Of a DNA stretch of 64,000 bases, positions 62,845 through 64,000 are shown in pieces. Position numbers and translations under genes: made by a program. The stretch's first letter is position 1. Each line of letters opens with the position of its first letter. The notes beneath the pieces are model-generated. The model was given only the letters and a program-made list of their open reading frames with translations, did not search any database and was not told where the DNA came from. This DNA comes from Scyliorhinus canicula (taxonomy: Eukaryota): positions 47,531,870 to 47,595,869 of the forward strand of contig NC_052166.1 in assembly GCF_902713615.1 (NCBI RefSeq), read 5' to 3'.

Positions 62845-64000
62845 CGGTAATCACTCGCTAAAGAGTATGATTTCCCACCTAAGAAATGTCACGTTACTGG
62901 TTATGGGTTCTGTGGGTCCTCACATGCCTGATGAGCCATAACCTAGAGCTGCATCTTTGTCCACACACTTGGCAGGTGATTCCAGGAGGTGGGATCGGTC
63001 CTTAGACTTTGCTGGTATTCCTGTCTCAGGGTTCTTTCCGGGCCTCCTCTTGCTGTCAGGTGCCCTCAAAGAATTGTGTTCCTTCAATCAGGAGGTTCCG
63101 CTAAGTAGGTCTCCCAGGCATTGATGACTATGTTGCATTTCCTGAGGTAAACCTTCAGGGTGTCTTGAAGTGCTTCCTTTGTCCTCCTCTTGTTCAGAAG
63201 CCTTCCTTGGGCAGTTCGGACACTGGCATCCTAAGCACATGGCTGACCCAGTAGAGTTGGTTTTGGATGAACATAGCCTCGATGCTGGTACTCTTGGCTC
63301 CTTCACGGACACCAATGTCAGTATGCCTGCCCTCCCATCTGATGCAGAGAATCCTCATGCAGCGTTGATGGTATCTCTCCAGGACCTTAAGATGGCATCT
63401 GTATATCGCCCAGGTTTCCGAGCCCTATAGAGTGGAGAGGATGACTGCCTTATATTCGAGGATCTTGGGGTCAGCACGATGTCGTAGTCAACAAAGGCTC
63501 TCATCCTTAGGCGTCTGAATGAGTTGGTTGCAGATTTGATACAATGTTGGATCTCAACATTGATGTCAGCCTTAGAGGAGAGGTGGCTCCAGATATGGGT
63601 AATGTTCCACTTTTGCGAGGGTTTCTCTGTTGGAGAGAGGGACTGGATCTTTCCCTGGGGCAGGTTGGTAAAAGGTTAAGTTTTTTAAGTTTTCCGTCGA
63701 CCTTGTAGATGATGTCCACTCCATTGGGAAGCTTGCTCTTGACAAGGTGATGGATGGTGGTAATGAAGATGAAGAGGGTGGGGGCGGTGACACATCCCCG
63801 CTTGACTCCAGTCTTGACCTCAAAGGTTTCTGTCTTATTTCCGTCAGTGAGGACTGTCGCCGACATCTTGACATGGAGAAGTTGGAGGATGCTGATGAAT
63901 TTCTCAGGACAGCCGGCCTTTGACAAGATCTTCCATAGCAGTTCCCGATTGACTGCTTGCTCAGTTCGTTGAAAGCCATGTAGAGTAGTTGATGTTGCTC
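62845..64000 (-). mobile_element. RTE-clade LINE fragment in a GOLGA1 intron (runs off the window)
   Basis: GCPEKFISILQLLH...VKTGVKRGCVTAPTLF RT motif; 3' part homologous to 31420-32340. Confidence 0.85.

Overview
Eukaryotic, repeat-dense vertebrate DNA; the HE1-type tRNA SINEs plus CR1, Rex1, RTE and L1 content suggest a shark or other elasmobranch (inference). Three genes can be reconstructed from the sequence in the same order and orientation as the human RPL35-ARPC5L-GOLGA1 cluster. RPL35 is complete (minus strand, 4 coding exons, 123 aa) with a 5' TOP-like start and a GC-AG third intron. ARPC5L is complete (plus strand, 4 coding exons, 150 aa), head-to-head with RPL35 across a CpG island, and its first intron is a U12-type AT-AC intron. 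The last five coding exons of GOLGA1/golgin-97 (GRIP domain) lie on the minus strand. The first 28 kb has no gene I can recognise. It holds nested transposon relics (Harbinger, Tx1, CR1, Gypsy, L1, Rex1, hAT MITE, SINEs) and a 7.3-kb minisatellite with a 2587-bp higher-order duplication. The most unusual items are: (1) a near full-length diverged U2 snRNA-derived sequence directly followed by a co-oriented L1 3' tail, i.e. a SINEU-like element or U2-L1 chimera; (2) SINE families sharing a 3' stem-loop with the Rex1 LINE; (3) the two non-canonical introns; (4) a C-rich repeat tract right after the U12 donor. Exon, TIR and TSD coordinates were counted by hand; repeat boundaries are approximate.
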